Assembly (NCBI RefSeq): GCF_009914755.1
Contig: NC_060937.1
Direction: 5' to 3' (one strand)
Source of the DNA: the human T2T-CHM13v2.0 reference genome, Homo sapiens
Length of the DNA stretch: 64,000 bases
The position numbers and the translations under genes were made by a program. Position 1 is the first letter of the stretch. Each line of letters opens with the position of its first letter. Shown here piece by piece: positions 48,462 to 63,598 of the stretch. The notes below the pieces were generated by a model, which ran no database searches, was not told the DNA's origin, and saw only the letters and a list, made by a program, of their open reading frames with translations.

Positions 48462-48757
48462 TATTATTATTATCATTGAGACGGAGTCTCCCTCTGTCAC
48501 CCAGGCTGGAGTGCAGTGGCACAATCTCCGCTCACTGCAAGCTCCATCTCCCGGCTTCATGCATTCTTCAGCTTCAGCCTCCCGAGTAGCTGGGACTACA
48601 GGCGCCTGCCATCACGCCTGGCTAATTTTTTGTATTTTTAGTAGAGACGGGGTTTCACTGTGTTAGCCAGGATGGTCTCTATCTCCTGGCCTCATAATAC
48701 GCCCGCCTCGGCCTCCCGAAATGTTGAGTTTACAGGCGTGAGCCATAGTGCCCGGCC
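48462..48757 (-). mobile_element. AluY-like SINE
   Basis: Diagnostic GCTCACTGCAAGCTCC, GGGACTACAGGCGCC and GTGTTAGCCAGGATGGTCTC; ends CCCGGCC; flanks TATGCACATATTATT / TATGCATATTATT resemble a TSD. Confidence 0.93.
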
Positions 48758-50439
48758 GTTATATGCATATTATTTTATAAACAATTTATGATAAAGAGAA
48801 AATATGCATTTCTACTGTTTTTATAATGTTAATATTACCTATACCAGTGCTTTTTTAAAAATGTGGATTCAAATGACTGGCTTGTGTAACTTGCTTTTAG
48901 CCTTAGGAATTTATTTTAGTGTTTTGTTTTGTTTTTTTTTGTTTTTTTTTTGTATGGTAGGTCTGCCAGCAACAACTTCAGTTAATATTTTGGTTTATCT
49001 GTGTAAGTCTTTCTGTTATCTTCATTTTTGAAAAATAATTGCTCAATAAGGAATTGGTGGCTGACAGTTTTTTTCTTTGCATCTTTTGAATATATTATTC
49101 TACTGCCTCTTGCCTTCCATTGTTTCTGTTAAGTCAGCTGTTAATCTTAGAAAACCTAGGTGCTCAAAAAATAAACATATGCATGAATATTTATAGCAGT
49201 AATATTCTTACAGTCAAAAAGTGGAAACAATCCATATGCTTGTTGACTCATAAATGGACACCCAATTTCCAGCTATAACAAAGAATGAAGTACTTATACA
49301 TGGTATAATATGGGTGAAATTTGAAAGCATTACGTTAAGTGCACAAAAGGATAAATATTACTTGATTTTATTCACATGAAACATCAGGAATTGGCAAATT
49401 AACTGGGATATAAATCAGATTAGTGGTCATTAGGGCTCAGGGAAGCAGAATAGGGTGTAACAACTTCATGCATAATTGGGTTTTTAGAAGGGACATGATG
49501 AAATTGTCCTGGAACATTGTGAATATACTAAAAGCAACTGCGTTGTATGCTTTAAAATTCTTAAGTTATTAATTTTATATTATGTGATTTTTACCTTAAA
49601 AAAATAGAAAATAGCCTTACTCTATATACAATAAACTCAAGATGTGTTACAAATTTATATGTGAAATCCAAAATACTATAATAGTTAAGGAATAGCTGAG
49701 TAGAATAACACTAAAATTTAACATAATGAAATATTTCCTTAAAGAAGAAAAAAGCACAGTAATTAAAAAGGGAAATATAGTTAATATTTTTTCTCTCTAT
49801 TAAGCATGCCATTAACTGAGTAAAAAATCAAGCTGCAATTATGTAAACTACATTTTCTAAAACCATAAAGAAAATAAGGAATGAAAAGGGATTTGGGAAA
49901 AAAATCCAAAGGTACAGTCAACTACACAAAAAAAGCTTAGTCTCATTAATCATTATGAAAACGCAAATTGTAACTGAAAGAAGATAAAACTACAATTCAA
50001 AGAGAAAGCCTAAAATTTCAACCCCCCAAAAAGTCTGGGTTTTGGAGATCTGGGATGGAATAGGTTTCCTAACCTGACAACAATGAAAGAACCAAACTAA
50101 CTTCAAAGTCATGACTTTATTTTTATAGCAACCAGGTTGCCAAGAACTGAGTCAAAATGTGAGGGAAAACAAGCACCTGCAAGGAGAAAGAGGACAGATG
50201 CACTTACATAGGACAGATGCAAATAGACACCATTATGACAAGTAAAGCTGGAATAATCAATAAATTCCTAAAGACAAAGTGGGGCTGGTGAGATTGGGAG
50301 ACCGCTGACAGCTGCAGAAGTTGGGAAAGATCCATCATCTTGAAAACTTTTTCCCCACAAACCCACTGCGATCTCTCAAGCAATTGGTGAGGAATCCAAG
50401 AGAGTCTGTATATGACACAGATCAGGGAGAGCAGAACAC

Positions 50440-50719
50440 TTGGGAGGTGACCAGGTCTTGGGGGCCGAGCCCTTATGAATGGGATTAGTGCCTTTATAAA
50501 AGAAGCTCAATGGAGTTATTGTGTGCCTTCCACTGTGTGAGGACATAGAAAGAAGGCACCATCTATGAACCATGAAATGGGCTCTCATCAACACTGAATT
50601 TGTGAGCATCTTGACCTGAGATCTTACAGCCTCAAGAAGTGTGAAAAGAGAAATATCTGTTGTTTTTTAGTCACCCAGTATATGTTATTTTGTTATAAGA
50701 GTCCAAATAGACCAAGATA
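50440..50719 (+). mobile_element. MLT1A-like MaLR LTR fragment
   Basis: GAGCCCTTATGAATGGGATTAGTGCCTTTATAAAAGA...CACCCAGTATATGTTATTTTGTTATAAG...GACCAAGATA. Confidence 0.75.
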
Positions 50720-51641
50720 TTCCACTTAATATGCAGGGGAAGGCAACAAAAACTGCCACACTTAGAATACTCCTGATGCTGGGAGTATGAAAACAGGAAA
50801 AACAAAACAAAACTGCTCTTGAAGGTGAAGGAGGAATATCACTGAGCTCACTAACACAGCCAGGAAAAGAACAGAAGTGTGAGAAGGCTACATTCCTGAG
50901 ACCCTGAGAAAAAGTACCTGCATGAGACTGAGATGAAATTACCTACTCTAGTTATGACTGAAATCCCAAAAAGAAAAGAGGGAAAAATAATGGAGCAAAA
51001 GAAATATTTTTCAAAATAACTGCCAAAAATATTCTAAAAGAAGTGACAGAAAATGGAACTTCAGATATAGGAGACTCAGAGAATGTCAAATAGAACAAAA
51101 ATAAATAAGAATTAAATCTTGAAAAATCTTTTAAAAATCAACTCTAAATTTTATATCTTGCTCCAAATATATAGAGATATAAATAGGTTATCATCAAGAT
51201 ATGGAGAAAGCCATATCATGGAAACAATAAAATAAAGCTGTTGAAGGACTACATAGATATTAGACACAACAGAGTTCAGAACAAGAAATAGTATCAGAGA
51301 TGAGAGGTAATAGATAATATAATAATCAATTCTCAAGAAGATGTAAGCATCCTCCTAATTAGGTTATGCAGCTAACAACAGAACCTCCAAATACATGAGG
51401 TAAAACATGAAAGAAATCAAAGGTGAACTAGAAAAATCCAAAATTATATTTGCAGACTTCAACACTTTTGTCTTAGTAATGGATAGACTAGGCACAAACT
51501 CAGTAGTCATATGGAAGATAAGAACAACAATATCACCAACAAGACATCCAATCTGCAATGGCAGATACTCTTTCTTTTCAAGTGAAAAAAAAACCACTAT
51601 GGCATATTCTCTAACAAACCCAGAATTTCTAATATTTGCGA

Positions 51642-52180
51642 TCTTCCTCCCTTCTTTCTATCTTTCCATCTTCCTCTCTCTTCTCTTCCGTTCCCTTGCC
51701 TTCTTCCTTCCTTTCTTCTTTTCCTCTTTCTTTTCTTTTTTCTTTTCCTTTTTCTTTCTTTTCTCCTTCCTTCCTTTTCTTTCTTTCCCCTTATTCTTCC
51801 TTCCCTCCCCCCTCCCTTCCTTTCTCCCTTTTCTTCCTTCTTTTCTCTTATTCTTTCTCACTTTGTTGCTTTCTTTCCTTTTTTCTCCCTTCCTCCCTCC
51901 TTTTCTTCCTTCCTCCCTCCCTTCCTTTCCTCCTTTTTCCTTCCTTCTCTTTATTTTCTTCGTGTCTTTGCCTTCCTCCCTTTTACCATTCTCTCTTCCT
52001 CCTTTCCTTCTTCTTTCTCACTTTCTTTCTCTCTTTCTTGAGTTCTTGCTTTTTTCTCCCTTCCTGCCTTTCTCCCTTCCTCCCTCCCTCCCTTCTCTCA
52101 TTTCCTCCTTCTTTTCTTTCTTCTTTCTTTCCTTCCTTCCTTCTTTCCTTCCTTCTTTTTTCTTTCTTTTCTCTTTCCTA
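51642..52180. repeat. Polypyrimidine (CT/CTT/CCTT) low-complexity tract, about 540 bp
   Basis: Near-pure C/T on the + strand. Confidence 0.92.
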
Positions 52181-52264
52181 CAATTCATATTATTTTAAAA
52201 CAATTAAGAGAGGGAGGCAGAAAAATAAAGAGCACTTTAATCTGCAGGTAAATAGATTATGTCT

Positions 52265-52392
52265 GCTGTAGACAACATAATAGCCTCCCAAAAATGTTCA
52301 TGTCCTAATTCCCAGAGTTACAATTCCCTAACATACAAATATGTTAGGTTGCATGGCAGTGGGAAATTAGATTTCAAGTGAAATTAAGGTTG
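52265..52392 (+). mobile_element. 5' fragment of an MLT1D/E-like LTR, cut off by the GC-rich array
   Basis: TGCTGTAGACAACATAATAGCCTCCCAAAAATGTTCATGTCCTAATTCCCAG...AATATGTTAGGTTGCATGGCA...AAATTAAGGTTG. Confidence 0.6.
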
Positions 52393-52396
52393 TTAA

Positions 52397-52624
52397 GGCG
52401 GCGGGGGCAAAAAGGCGCAGCAGCAAAAATCCGCGGCGGTGGGGGGCAAAAAGCCATGGCGGGCATAAACCCGCGGCGGCAGGGGGGCAAATATCCGCGG
52501 GGGGCAAAAAGCCACGGCGCCGGGGTGGGGCAAAAAGCCGGGGCGGGGAACAACCCATGGTGGCGAGGGGAGGGGGACAAAAACCCGGGGTGGGCAAAAA
52601 GCGGCGGCAGCAAAAAGCTGCAGC
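52397..52624 (+). repeat. Second GGGCAAAAAGCCG GC-rich array, same orientation as the first
   Basis: About 11 imperfect units, for example GGGGGCAAAAAGCCACGGCG and GGGCAAAAAGCGGCGGCAGCAAAAAGCTG. Confidence 0.88.
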
Positions 52625-53652
52625 CCAGGAAACATCACTTACTGTCCCTGCTAGTGTTGGGAAAGAAAGGAGGACACTCTTTAGAAACGTCTTTTACAAT
52701 GAGACTGATAGTGGACTGTGTCTTAGAGCCATGAAAGGAAAGGAGAAGTTGTAGGATTTCCTGGGAATGTCAGCTAACCTGAGCCTAGGGGCCTGAGCCC
52801 AAGGGCAGACTGAGGCTCCCCCAGCACAGGGAGGTGCTGCCTGTGACAAGGGGTAGTGCTGGCACAGTGCAGGCTACTCCCTAGAAAGATCAGCTTGAAT
52901 ATGCAGGAAGAGCAGGACCCTCGGGCTGAGGCAAGGTGGAATGGGAAGTGCATGGTGGTAATTTAGTTCTCCAGAGGCCAGAAGTAGGAGGAGCGGTTGG
53001 AATGCTGATGGCCCAAAGGGAAACCCTGGACTACCCTGGCCTCCCACAGGACTCTCATAGTAATTGCGGCTTCCTGCAGTGGTGAGGCCAGAAGGAGTGT
53101 TGCCCAATGCTGTCATCATCCAGTCCACCCCCCACCCACCATCAACAGATGAGCATGGTCATGAGTGTGGTCACCTCATCAGTCATTTGCTCAGTTGTGA
53201 AAAAGAAATTGTTCAGAGAAGAGCAAAGTGTTTTTCCATGAGCCAAAGGTCAGCCAAGTTATGCTAATGAGGAGGACTGGAGACAGCGTGTCACAGACAC
53301 CGAGAAGGAGCACTGGGCAAGGGCACTTCTCCCAGGGCAGAGCCCACAAGGAGCGTCCTGGCACCAGACACTCAGGGAACTGAAGGCTGGCAGGGGCCCG
53401 CCCAGTAGTCTCTTGCCCACTGCGTGCCTTTAGGCTACAGCCTCCCAGGCCCCGTGCCCCCTCCCCTCCCCCCCATGCCACTCTGGGGAGAATGCTGACC
53501 CTGAGGGTGGTGCAACCATCTGCCTGCCCCTGGCCACCACCTCTCACCAGCATGTGAATGCTCTTGGGCTCAGTTCTGTATCTGCAGTAGGAGGGTGTTT
53601 AGCCACATGAGAGAGTCTCACCTTTTGACATTCTATGTCTTTCAGTCTGTCA

Positions 53653-53994
<342 letters not shown>

Positions 53995-55909
53995 TTACCT
54001 TTTCCTATTTATGTGCATACAGGTATTTGGGTACCACATTTGTAATTTACAGTGAGTTTGAAAGATAGAAATTGTAACAGTATGGTTGGGAGCCAGGTAT
54101 GTAAGGCAGTTGCCGGTGGGCATGTTTTGAACCTGTATTGGGCCCTTATATGTATGATCTCTGTGATCCCATCATTACTGTTCATTTCTTCCAGGAGAGG
54201 AATGACACACTTCTCACTTTAATTGCCAGATTATCTCCAATTCTGAATCAGTGGAATATAATTTAATATGATTTTACTATGATTGAGTCATTCTCTCCCA
54301 GGTACTGCTGGGCTAGGATAAAATGAGATCTGAATTACATTAAAATAATTAATTATTCCAAGAGAAGAGGTGACAGAATGTTTTAAGTGGGTGTGTAATT
54401 TAGATAACCTAGATGCAGATAAGCTGAATAAAGCATTTAATCCAGCACATTCATATTTTAACTTGATCATCAGCAATGGGAGTTTGAAACCCAATTGCAG
54501 CTGCAGGTCCCACACAACTGAATTTGGTTCCGTGTGCATAGCAGTGTTCGCTGGACATGCCTGGAAGTCTGAAGGTGTGCCCTTTTATAGGCAGGAATTC
54601 CACCAGGATGGGTATAGCTTGTTTTTTTAAAAGGCTTGGGACTGGATATGATTGCCCAAGAAGACAGTGTAGACAGCGAGGAGGGCTGAGCATGAATGGG
54701 ATGACCTACCAGCACAAAAACAGCAGGCAGGAAGGCAGTAAAGAAATCAGCAGGGCCCAAACCAGGAGAGTGTGGCATGCCACGGTGGAGACTGAACAGA
54801 AACAAAGCCACGGGCGACTGTAGTGTTGTTCCCTGTTGAAGGAGAGACACTCTATTATAGAAGACCTGGACTTCAGTTCAGTTCAGTTTCCTTAGTAAAG
54901 GACAAAATGGGGAGAGAAGACAGGGAATCAGGGAAGAAAAACTCATTCACTTATGTGAGGCAAACATCGCATGCAGTCGTACCAACCAACAAAACATGAT
55001 AAGCTACAAAGAACTACGGTTTTCGCTACTCTCAAAACGCTACTGAGATTACCAGGTTTTAAGCTTATTTCAAGATTATTTATAGGTGATTCCCCAACTG
55101 GGAAGGTCATTTCTGAATTTCTTCTCTTCTAAAATAGATCTAGAAAAATTAACAAACCTTATTCCAGTAAGAAAGTTTGGGATGTACTGCTTCAGCCCCT
55201 GTCCTAAGGAAATTATCAAGCCTGGAGGGTGGGGTGCTATCAACTGCCTGCCAACATGTTACCTTCTGGCATCCAGAAGCTTCCCTGTGCCAGATGTAGC
55301 CACCAATGTGGGGAGGAGAGCACAAAGAGCAGAGAATCCACAGAAACCATACCTGCAGGGAGCAAACACCATCACACCCCACTGCTGTGAATGCAAATGC
55401 ATTTACCTGTTCTTACCATCTCCCTCAGCATTTTGAATCTATTCTGGGATTAGACAAGCTCCCAGACTTAACTGCTATGTTTAATAAAAACATGGTAAAG
55501 GAAGAATCGGGGCTATTAAAATGCTTAAGAATGAGAAAGTTGAAAAAAGAAAAAAAGAGGTAGATTGTGTTTGGCCTGTCTTCTCCCCACCGTAAGGGGT
55601 TGCCACTCAGCTGGAGGCCTGCTGGTTCGTGTGGGCCAGCCCTCGACACCTCAGTGACCAAACGAAATACAACCCTCACTAGAGCTTCTTGTACTTGGCA
55701 AGACCCAGGCGTAGACCTGGGCTACCAAACAAAACCTTGTGTTCTTAGAGCCTGGGAACAAGAGCTTTGACAGTTTCCACAAAGAACTCTTCCATAGCAC
55801 TAGCATTTCTATTTGCACCTGCCTGCAGCCATTACTACGTTGACCTCTGGAAATGTCACATCAGCTGTTCTTGAGATAAAATACCATTTGCTATTTTTTT
55901 TTTATCTAG

Positions 55910-56833
<924 letters not shown>

Positions 56834-57330
56834 AGTGTCTTGGACGGCCTGAGCCAAGCACAGGTGTTTGAGGACTACAGTTCATCTCAGGGTTTCTTGT
56901 AGTACAAGACCAGTGTGAAGTTATTCTGATTTCTTGGGAATTTTGCTTTTTCGTCTTCCCTTATACCCTACATCTTAAATTGTATGGAAGAACCTCTATT
57001 TTGCATCATGTCATTTCTGCCCATAATTGTACTGAAATAGAGAAGTCACTGCTCTTTCCCTTGGTAAAATAGAGAGTGGTCAGTAGCCTTATGCACCTAA
57101 TTCAAAAGACTGAGTACAGTTCTGTCAGGGCTTTTACATAAACCTCTACTTGCACATGTAATTTGGACAGTTATGTGCTGAGGGAAATACAGTTTGGTTC
57201 CATGTTTATTTCAAATATTACCAGAAAAACCCAGAAGTGATCATTTCTCATGAAGATGCTTACAAATGGTTGCTTAACCCATTCTAGATGCAGGATCTGC
57301 TTAACGTGTGTTACTATTCTAAGTGGTTGA

Positions 57331-57625
57331 TTTTTTTTTTTTTCTTAATATGGAGTCTCAGTCTCTTGCCAGTCTGAAGTGCAGTGATGCAGTCTCGGCT
57401 CACTGCAACCTCTGCTTCCTGGGTTCAAGCAATTCTCCTGCCTCAGCCTCCCGAGTAAGTGGGATTACAGGGGTGCTCTACCACACCTGGCTAATTTTTG
57501 TATTTTTAGTACAGATAGGGTTTCACCATGTTGGTCAGGCTGGCCTCGAACTCCTGACCTCGTGATCCACCCGCCTCGGCCTCCCAAAGTGCTGGGATTA
57601 CAGGCATGAGCCACTGCACCTGGCC
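57331..57625 (-). mobile_element. AluS-type SINE without an evident TSD
   Basis: Poly-T, then ATGGAGTCTCAGTC...GAGCCACTGCACCTGGCC; the two flanks are unrelated. Confidence 0.93.
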
Positions 57626-60600
57626 AAATAAAACATATTTTTAATGAATAAAAATTAAGGACAAAGAAGAGCATTCCTTATAGAATGATAAAGGACACAA
57701 TTCAACCAGAAGACCTAGCCTAAATATGTACACACCCAACATTGGAGCACCCAAATTCATAAAACAAGTTTTTCTTGGTCTACAAAAAGATTTAGACACA
57801 CAATAACAGCAGGAGACTTCAACAACCCACTGACAGCAATAGACAGATCATTGAGGCAGAAAACTAACAAACTCTGTACTCACACTTGACAGTTGACCAA
57901 TTGGACCTGATAGACATCTACAGAACACTTTGCCCAACAAACACAGAAGATACATTCTTATGTGCACACAGAACATATTCTAAGATCAAGCACATGCTTG
58001 GCCATAAAGCAAGCCTCAATAAATTCAAAAAGTTTGAAATCATACCAAGCACACACTCTGACCACAGTGAGACAAAAATTGAAATCAGTATCAAGAAGAT
58101 CTCTCAAAACTACATAAATACATGGTAATTACATAATTTGCTCCTGAATAACTCCTGGGTGAAAATCTAAATTAAGGCAGAAATAAAAAAATTCTTTGCA
58201 ATTAATGAAAATAGGGACACAACATACCAGAATCTCTGGGATGCAGCTAAGGCAGTGTTAAGAGGAAAGTTTACACACGAAATGCCTTCATCAAGAAGTT
58301 AGAAATATCTCAAATTAACTTTCCTACTTTGCAGTTAAGGGAACTAGAAAAAAAGAACAAACTAACTCCAAAGCTGGCAGAAGAGAAATATCTAAAATTA
58401 GAGAAGCACTGAATGAAGTGCTTTTTGAGGTGCTGTTTTTTTAGACTAGATGCAAAAATCCACACAAATGATCAATGAAACCAATAATTAGTTTTTCAAA
58501 AAATAAACAAGATGGATAGCCTGATAGCTAAACAAAGAAAAAAAGAGAAGAGCCAAATAAGTACAATCATAAATGACAAAGATGACATTACAAACAATCC
58601 CACAGAAATACAAAAGATCCTCAGAGAATACTATAAACAACTCTATGCACACAAATTAGATAATCTAGAGGAAATGGAGAAATTCCTGGAAACATACAAT
58701 CTCCCAAGATTGAATTAGAAAGAGATTGAAACCTTAAATAGACAAATACCGAGTTCCAAAATCAAATCATTAATGTAAAATCTACCAACAAGGAAAAGCC
58801 CTGGACCAGATGACGCAAGAGCTGAATTCTACCAGATGTACAAAGAACTGGTACTAGTTCTATTGAAACTATTCCAAAGAACTGAGGATGAGGGGCTCCT
58901 CCCTAACTCAGTCTATGAAGCCAGCATCAGCCTAATACCAAAATCTGGCAGAGAAACACACAAAAAGAAAACTTCAGGCCAATTACTCTGATTAACATAG
59001 ACACAAAAATTCTCAACCAAATACTAGGAAACAGAATCCAGCAGCACATCAGTAAGTTAATCCACCACAATCAAGTCTTCAGTACAGGGATGCAAGGCTG
59101 GTTCAAATATGATGTTCATATTTACAACATACTAAATGTGGTAAATCACATTTAGTGATTCACCACATAAGCAGAACTAAAAGAAAAACCATATCATCAT
59201 CTCAATAGATGCAGAAACAACTTTTGATAAAATCCAACATCCCTTCACATTAAAAACCTCAACAGACTCAGCATCAAGGGAACATACCTCAAAATAATAG
59301 GAGCCATCTATGACAAACTCACAGCCACCAACCTACTGAATGGGCACAAGTTGGAAGCAATCCCCATGAGAAATGGAGCAAGACAATGATGCCGACTCTC
59401 ATCACTCCTATTCAACGTAGCACTGGAAGACCTACCTGGAGAACTCAGGCAGGAGAAAGAAAGAATAGGCATCCAAATAGCAAAAGAAGAAGTCAAACTA
59501 TCTCTCTTCACTGATGATATGATTCTATATCCAGAAAAGCAAAGACTCTGCCAAAAGGCTACTAGAACTGATAAATAACTTTAGCAAAGTTTCAGGATAA
59601 AAAATCAATGTATAAAAATCAATAGCATTTCTATACACCAATAATGTCCAGGCTGAGAGTTAAATCAAGAACAGAATCCCATTTATGGTAGCGACAAGGA
59701 AAATGAAATAACTAGGAATACAGCTAACAAAGGATGTGAAAGATCTCTACAAGAACTATAAAACACTGCAGAAAGAAATCAGAGATAACACAATTAAATG
59801 GAAAAACATTCCATGCTCATGGATTGGAAGAATCAGTATCATTCAAATGGCCATACTGCCCAAAGCAATTGACAGATTCAGTGCTATTTCTATCAAACTA
59901 CCAATGTCATTCTTCACAGAATTAGAAAAAAGTATTCTAGAAGTCATATGAAACCAAAAGAGGGCCTCAATAGCCTAAGCAAATCTAAGCAAAAGGCAAA
60001 GCCAGAGGCTTCAAACTATAAGGCTATATTATCCAAAACAGCATGGTACTGGTACAAAAGCAGACATATAGACCAATGGAACAGAATAGAAAACCCAGAA
60101 TAAAGCCTTACACTTAAAACCACCTGATATTGCAAGGCTGACAAAAACAAGCAATGGGGGAAGGACTCCCTATTCAATAAATGGTGTTGGGGTAACTGGC
60201 TAGCAATATGCAGAATAATGATACTCGACCCATACCTTTCATCATATACAAAAATTAACTGGAGATAGATTAAAGATTTAAATGTAAGACCTCAAGTGAT
60301 AAAAATCCTAGAAGAAAACCTCAGAAATACCCTTCTTGACATTGGCCTTCGGAAAGAATTTTTAACTAAGTCCCCAAAAGCAATTGCAATAACAACAAAG
60401 ATTGACAAGTGGGACCTAATAAAGCTAAAGCGCTTTGGCACAGCAAGAGAAACGATCGACAGAGCAAACAGACAACCCAGAGAACAGGAGGAAACATTTG
60501 CAAACTATGCATCCAACAAAGGTCTAATATGCAGAATCTATAAGGAACTTACACAAATCCACACGCAGAAACCAAATAACCCCATTAAAAATGTGGAAAG

Positions 60601-61388
60601 AACATGACACATACTTCTCAAAAGAAGACATACAAGTGACCAATGAGCATCTGGAAAAATGCTTCACTTCACGAATTGTCAGAGAAGTGCAAATCAAAAC
60701 CACAATGAGATACCATCTCACACTAGTCAGAATGGCGATTAATAAAAAGTCAAAAACAACAGATGCTGGCAAGGCTGCAGAGAAAAGGGAACGTTTATAC
60801 ATTGTTGGTGGGAGTGTAAATTAGTTCAGCCACTGTGGAAAGCAGTCTGGAGATTTCTCAAAGAACTTAAAATGAGCTACCATTCGACCCAGTAATCCCA
60901 CTATTGGATATATACCCAATGGGAAAAAGACCACTCTACCAAAAGACACACACACTGATATGTTAATTGCTGTGCTATTCACAATAGTAAAGATATGGAG
61001 TCAACCTAGGTGCCCATCAGTGGTGGATTGGATAAAGAAAATGTGGTACATACACACGATGGAATTCTACACAGCCATAAATATGAGTGAAATCAGGTCT
61101 TTTGCAGCAACGTAGATGGAGCCGGAGGCCATTATCCTAAGCAAATTAATGCAAGACCAGAAAACCAAATACTACATATTCTCACCTATGAGAGCTAAAC
61201 AACAGGTACCCTTGGACATAAGGTTGGGAACAACAGACACTGTGGACTACTAGAGGGGGATGGAGGGAGAGGGGTGCAGGTTGAAAAACTACCTATTGGG
61301 TACTATGCTCTCTACCGGGGTGCAATATACTGATGTGACAAACTTGCACACATACCCCCATATTTAAAATTAAAGCTAAAATTTTAAG
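57626..61388 (+). mobile_element. 5'-truncated older L1 (late L1PA/L1PB age, about 3.8 kb) with fragmented ORF2
   Basis: ORF2-like fragments at 57886-58128, 58512-58718, 59736-59951, 60296-60607 and 60591-60824; 3' UTR GGACTACTAGAGGGG...AAAAACTACCTATTGGGTACTATGC. Confidence 0.92.
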
Positions 61389-62533
61389 ACATGAGTATCA
61401 TTCTGATCTAAGTTTCTTGAGTTGTTCAAAGAATCATTCATTTTGCATTCTAAGAAAACAACACCCAAAGAGGCCTTAAATGAGTTTTCTTTGAATAAGC
61501 AAAAGCAGAATAGTGTGACAACTCACAATTTCCAGAAATTTTCGTGGGTCTTGGAGGTCTGGGGAAGAGAAACCTTAATGGTAATCTCCTTATTTCAAAA
61601 AGGGAAATCCTTAAAATAAAAAAGGGAGTTTCCTTCCTTCCTGTGTTTCTAGTACTGAAAAAGACAGATCTTAATCTTCACTGAGCCAGCTAAGTATTTT
61701 CCTCCCTATTCACCTAAACCCAGGACATAATCTGCCCTCTGTAGATTATCGCTGTGTGAATTTTAAAGGAAATAGCATAACCTATGTTGTGCCTACACGT
61801 TTCTGTCGTATGAATGGCAGGGTATAATATTAACATGAAAGTAATTTGAAAGCATGTTCTACGATCTTTTCCTCAAAGAAGGAGCCAGATCAGGGGGAGT
61901 AAAGGAAAAAGACCTTTAGTTGGGCTGCTGCACGGGCAGTTGGAACCTTTTTTGGACTATTTAGAGGAGAAGAAGTCACCTGCAGCGAGGCGGCTCACCA
62001 ACCTAGTGGGGCTCTTGGCTCCTGGCAGGTTGCTGCCTTCCGTGCCCACCATGGCTCAGGGCTCTACTCTCATCTGTGCCACTTGGTACCCACAGACCTT
62101 ATAGCAAGTGTTTTTCTATTTCCACTCAAAAATTAAAAAGCTCTATGGCAAACTCCCGACATTGAGCTGCTGATGTGGGTGGTCCCAGCGGTTAGTGTGT
62201 TGGTTAGAAAGTTGCTATGCCGGACAGGTTTGCCCTGGACTCTCAAACCCTGTATTTTCATGAACTGCTTCTTTTTTCAGTCCTTTCTGTAGAGTGCTAG
62301 GTTTTTCAGGAATGAGTTTATCGTGTTTTAGCAGTGACACTTGTCTTATTAGTTGTTACCTTTCATTTCCTGATGAACGAATCTTGGTCTAGATTGTTGA
62401 GGGACTTGCCAATAAAAGGAAAATCATTCAAATAAGAATAATTTCAATAAAGCCAAGATAGAAGGTTTTCAAGGACAATCATGGCCGGAAGATACAGTGG
62501 CAATAAAGGTATTTTGAATGAATTAACACCCAT

Positions 62534-62858
<325 letters not shown>

Positions 62859-63569
62859 GTAGCACCCAGCACCAAAGAGGAAATAATAATGATTTCCTGT
62901 AGACATAAGGCTAACCAGTGTTTATAACGCAAAGATAACCTCCCTTCAGAGTCCCCCCAAGCTTAGGTGAAGTTGGTTGTGAGCAGGAATAGTGAATTTC
63001 AAAATAATACACCTAGATTACTCTAAGAATATTTCTTTTGACTTCACTTACAATTTTATACAAAAGCAGAAGTTATTAAAGATTACTTTTCATATTTACC
63101 ACCATCTTCTTACCCCAACCCCCATGTCTGTGTGTAATTAAAGGAAGCTTGTCAAGTAAGCTACCTATTTAGTGCTCGGAATGAAAGGGAGTGTGTGTTG
63201 GGAGTTGGGGGACTGCTTGCGTGAAACATTTCTCTCTTCTGGATTTAAAACTTAGTCTTGGTTGCCAATCTGTTAACAGACAGTTTGTAAATGAAGGGGA
63301 AGAAAAATATATAAATTAGCTTTCTAATAAATCTGAAATTACAAATGTGAACCAAAGCAGGGAATAAATACTTGACCAAAAATATGTAAGTAAGTGGGTG
63401 TTGGGGAATCACAATTTTTGAATATCTCAAGTTTTTGCTTTGAAAGTTCTATTTCAAAGTTCTTCAAAATGATGCCTGATGTTCCTGCATACTGTGTTCC
63501 AAATTTAGGTAAATACAAGATGGAAACTGTGAAGTATGTACCTTCAAAAAAGAAGAAAGACACTGACAT

Positions 63570-63598
63570 TTTATCTATATATATGTAATAGATTTATG
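63570..63598 (-). terminator. Candidate non-canonical polyadenylation signals for TPTE (CATAAA 63598-63593, GATAAA 63575-63570)
   Basis: Variant hexamers about 135-160 nt after the stop codon in an AT-rich UTR. I saw no AATAAA on the minus strand nearby. Confidence 0.45.

Larger units (their letters stand above)
45650..49600. mobile_element. Cluster of ancient L1M fragments, mostly minus strand, with nested MLT1 and AluY
   Basis: L1M-like phrases such as CTGCCTCTTGCCTTCCATTGTTTCTGTTAAGTCAGCTGTTAATCTT, TTTAATCCAGTCTGACAATCTCTGCC and AAAAGTGGAAACAATCCA. Boundaries are approximate. Confidence 0.55.

Noticed and set aside
51407-52271. 263 aa and 211 aa hydrophobic F/L/S/P-rich ORFs resembling membrane proteins
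   Set aside because: Translation of the polypyrimidine tract fused to an old L1 fragment.
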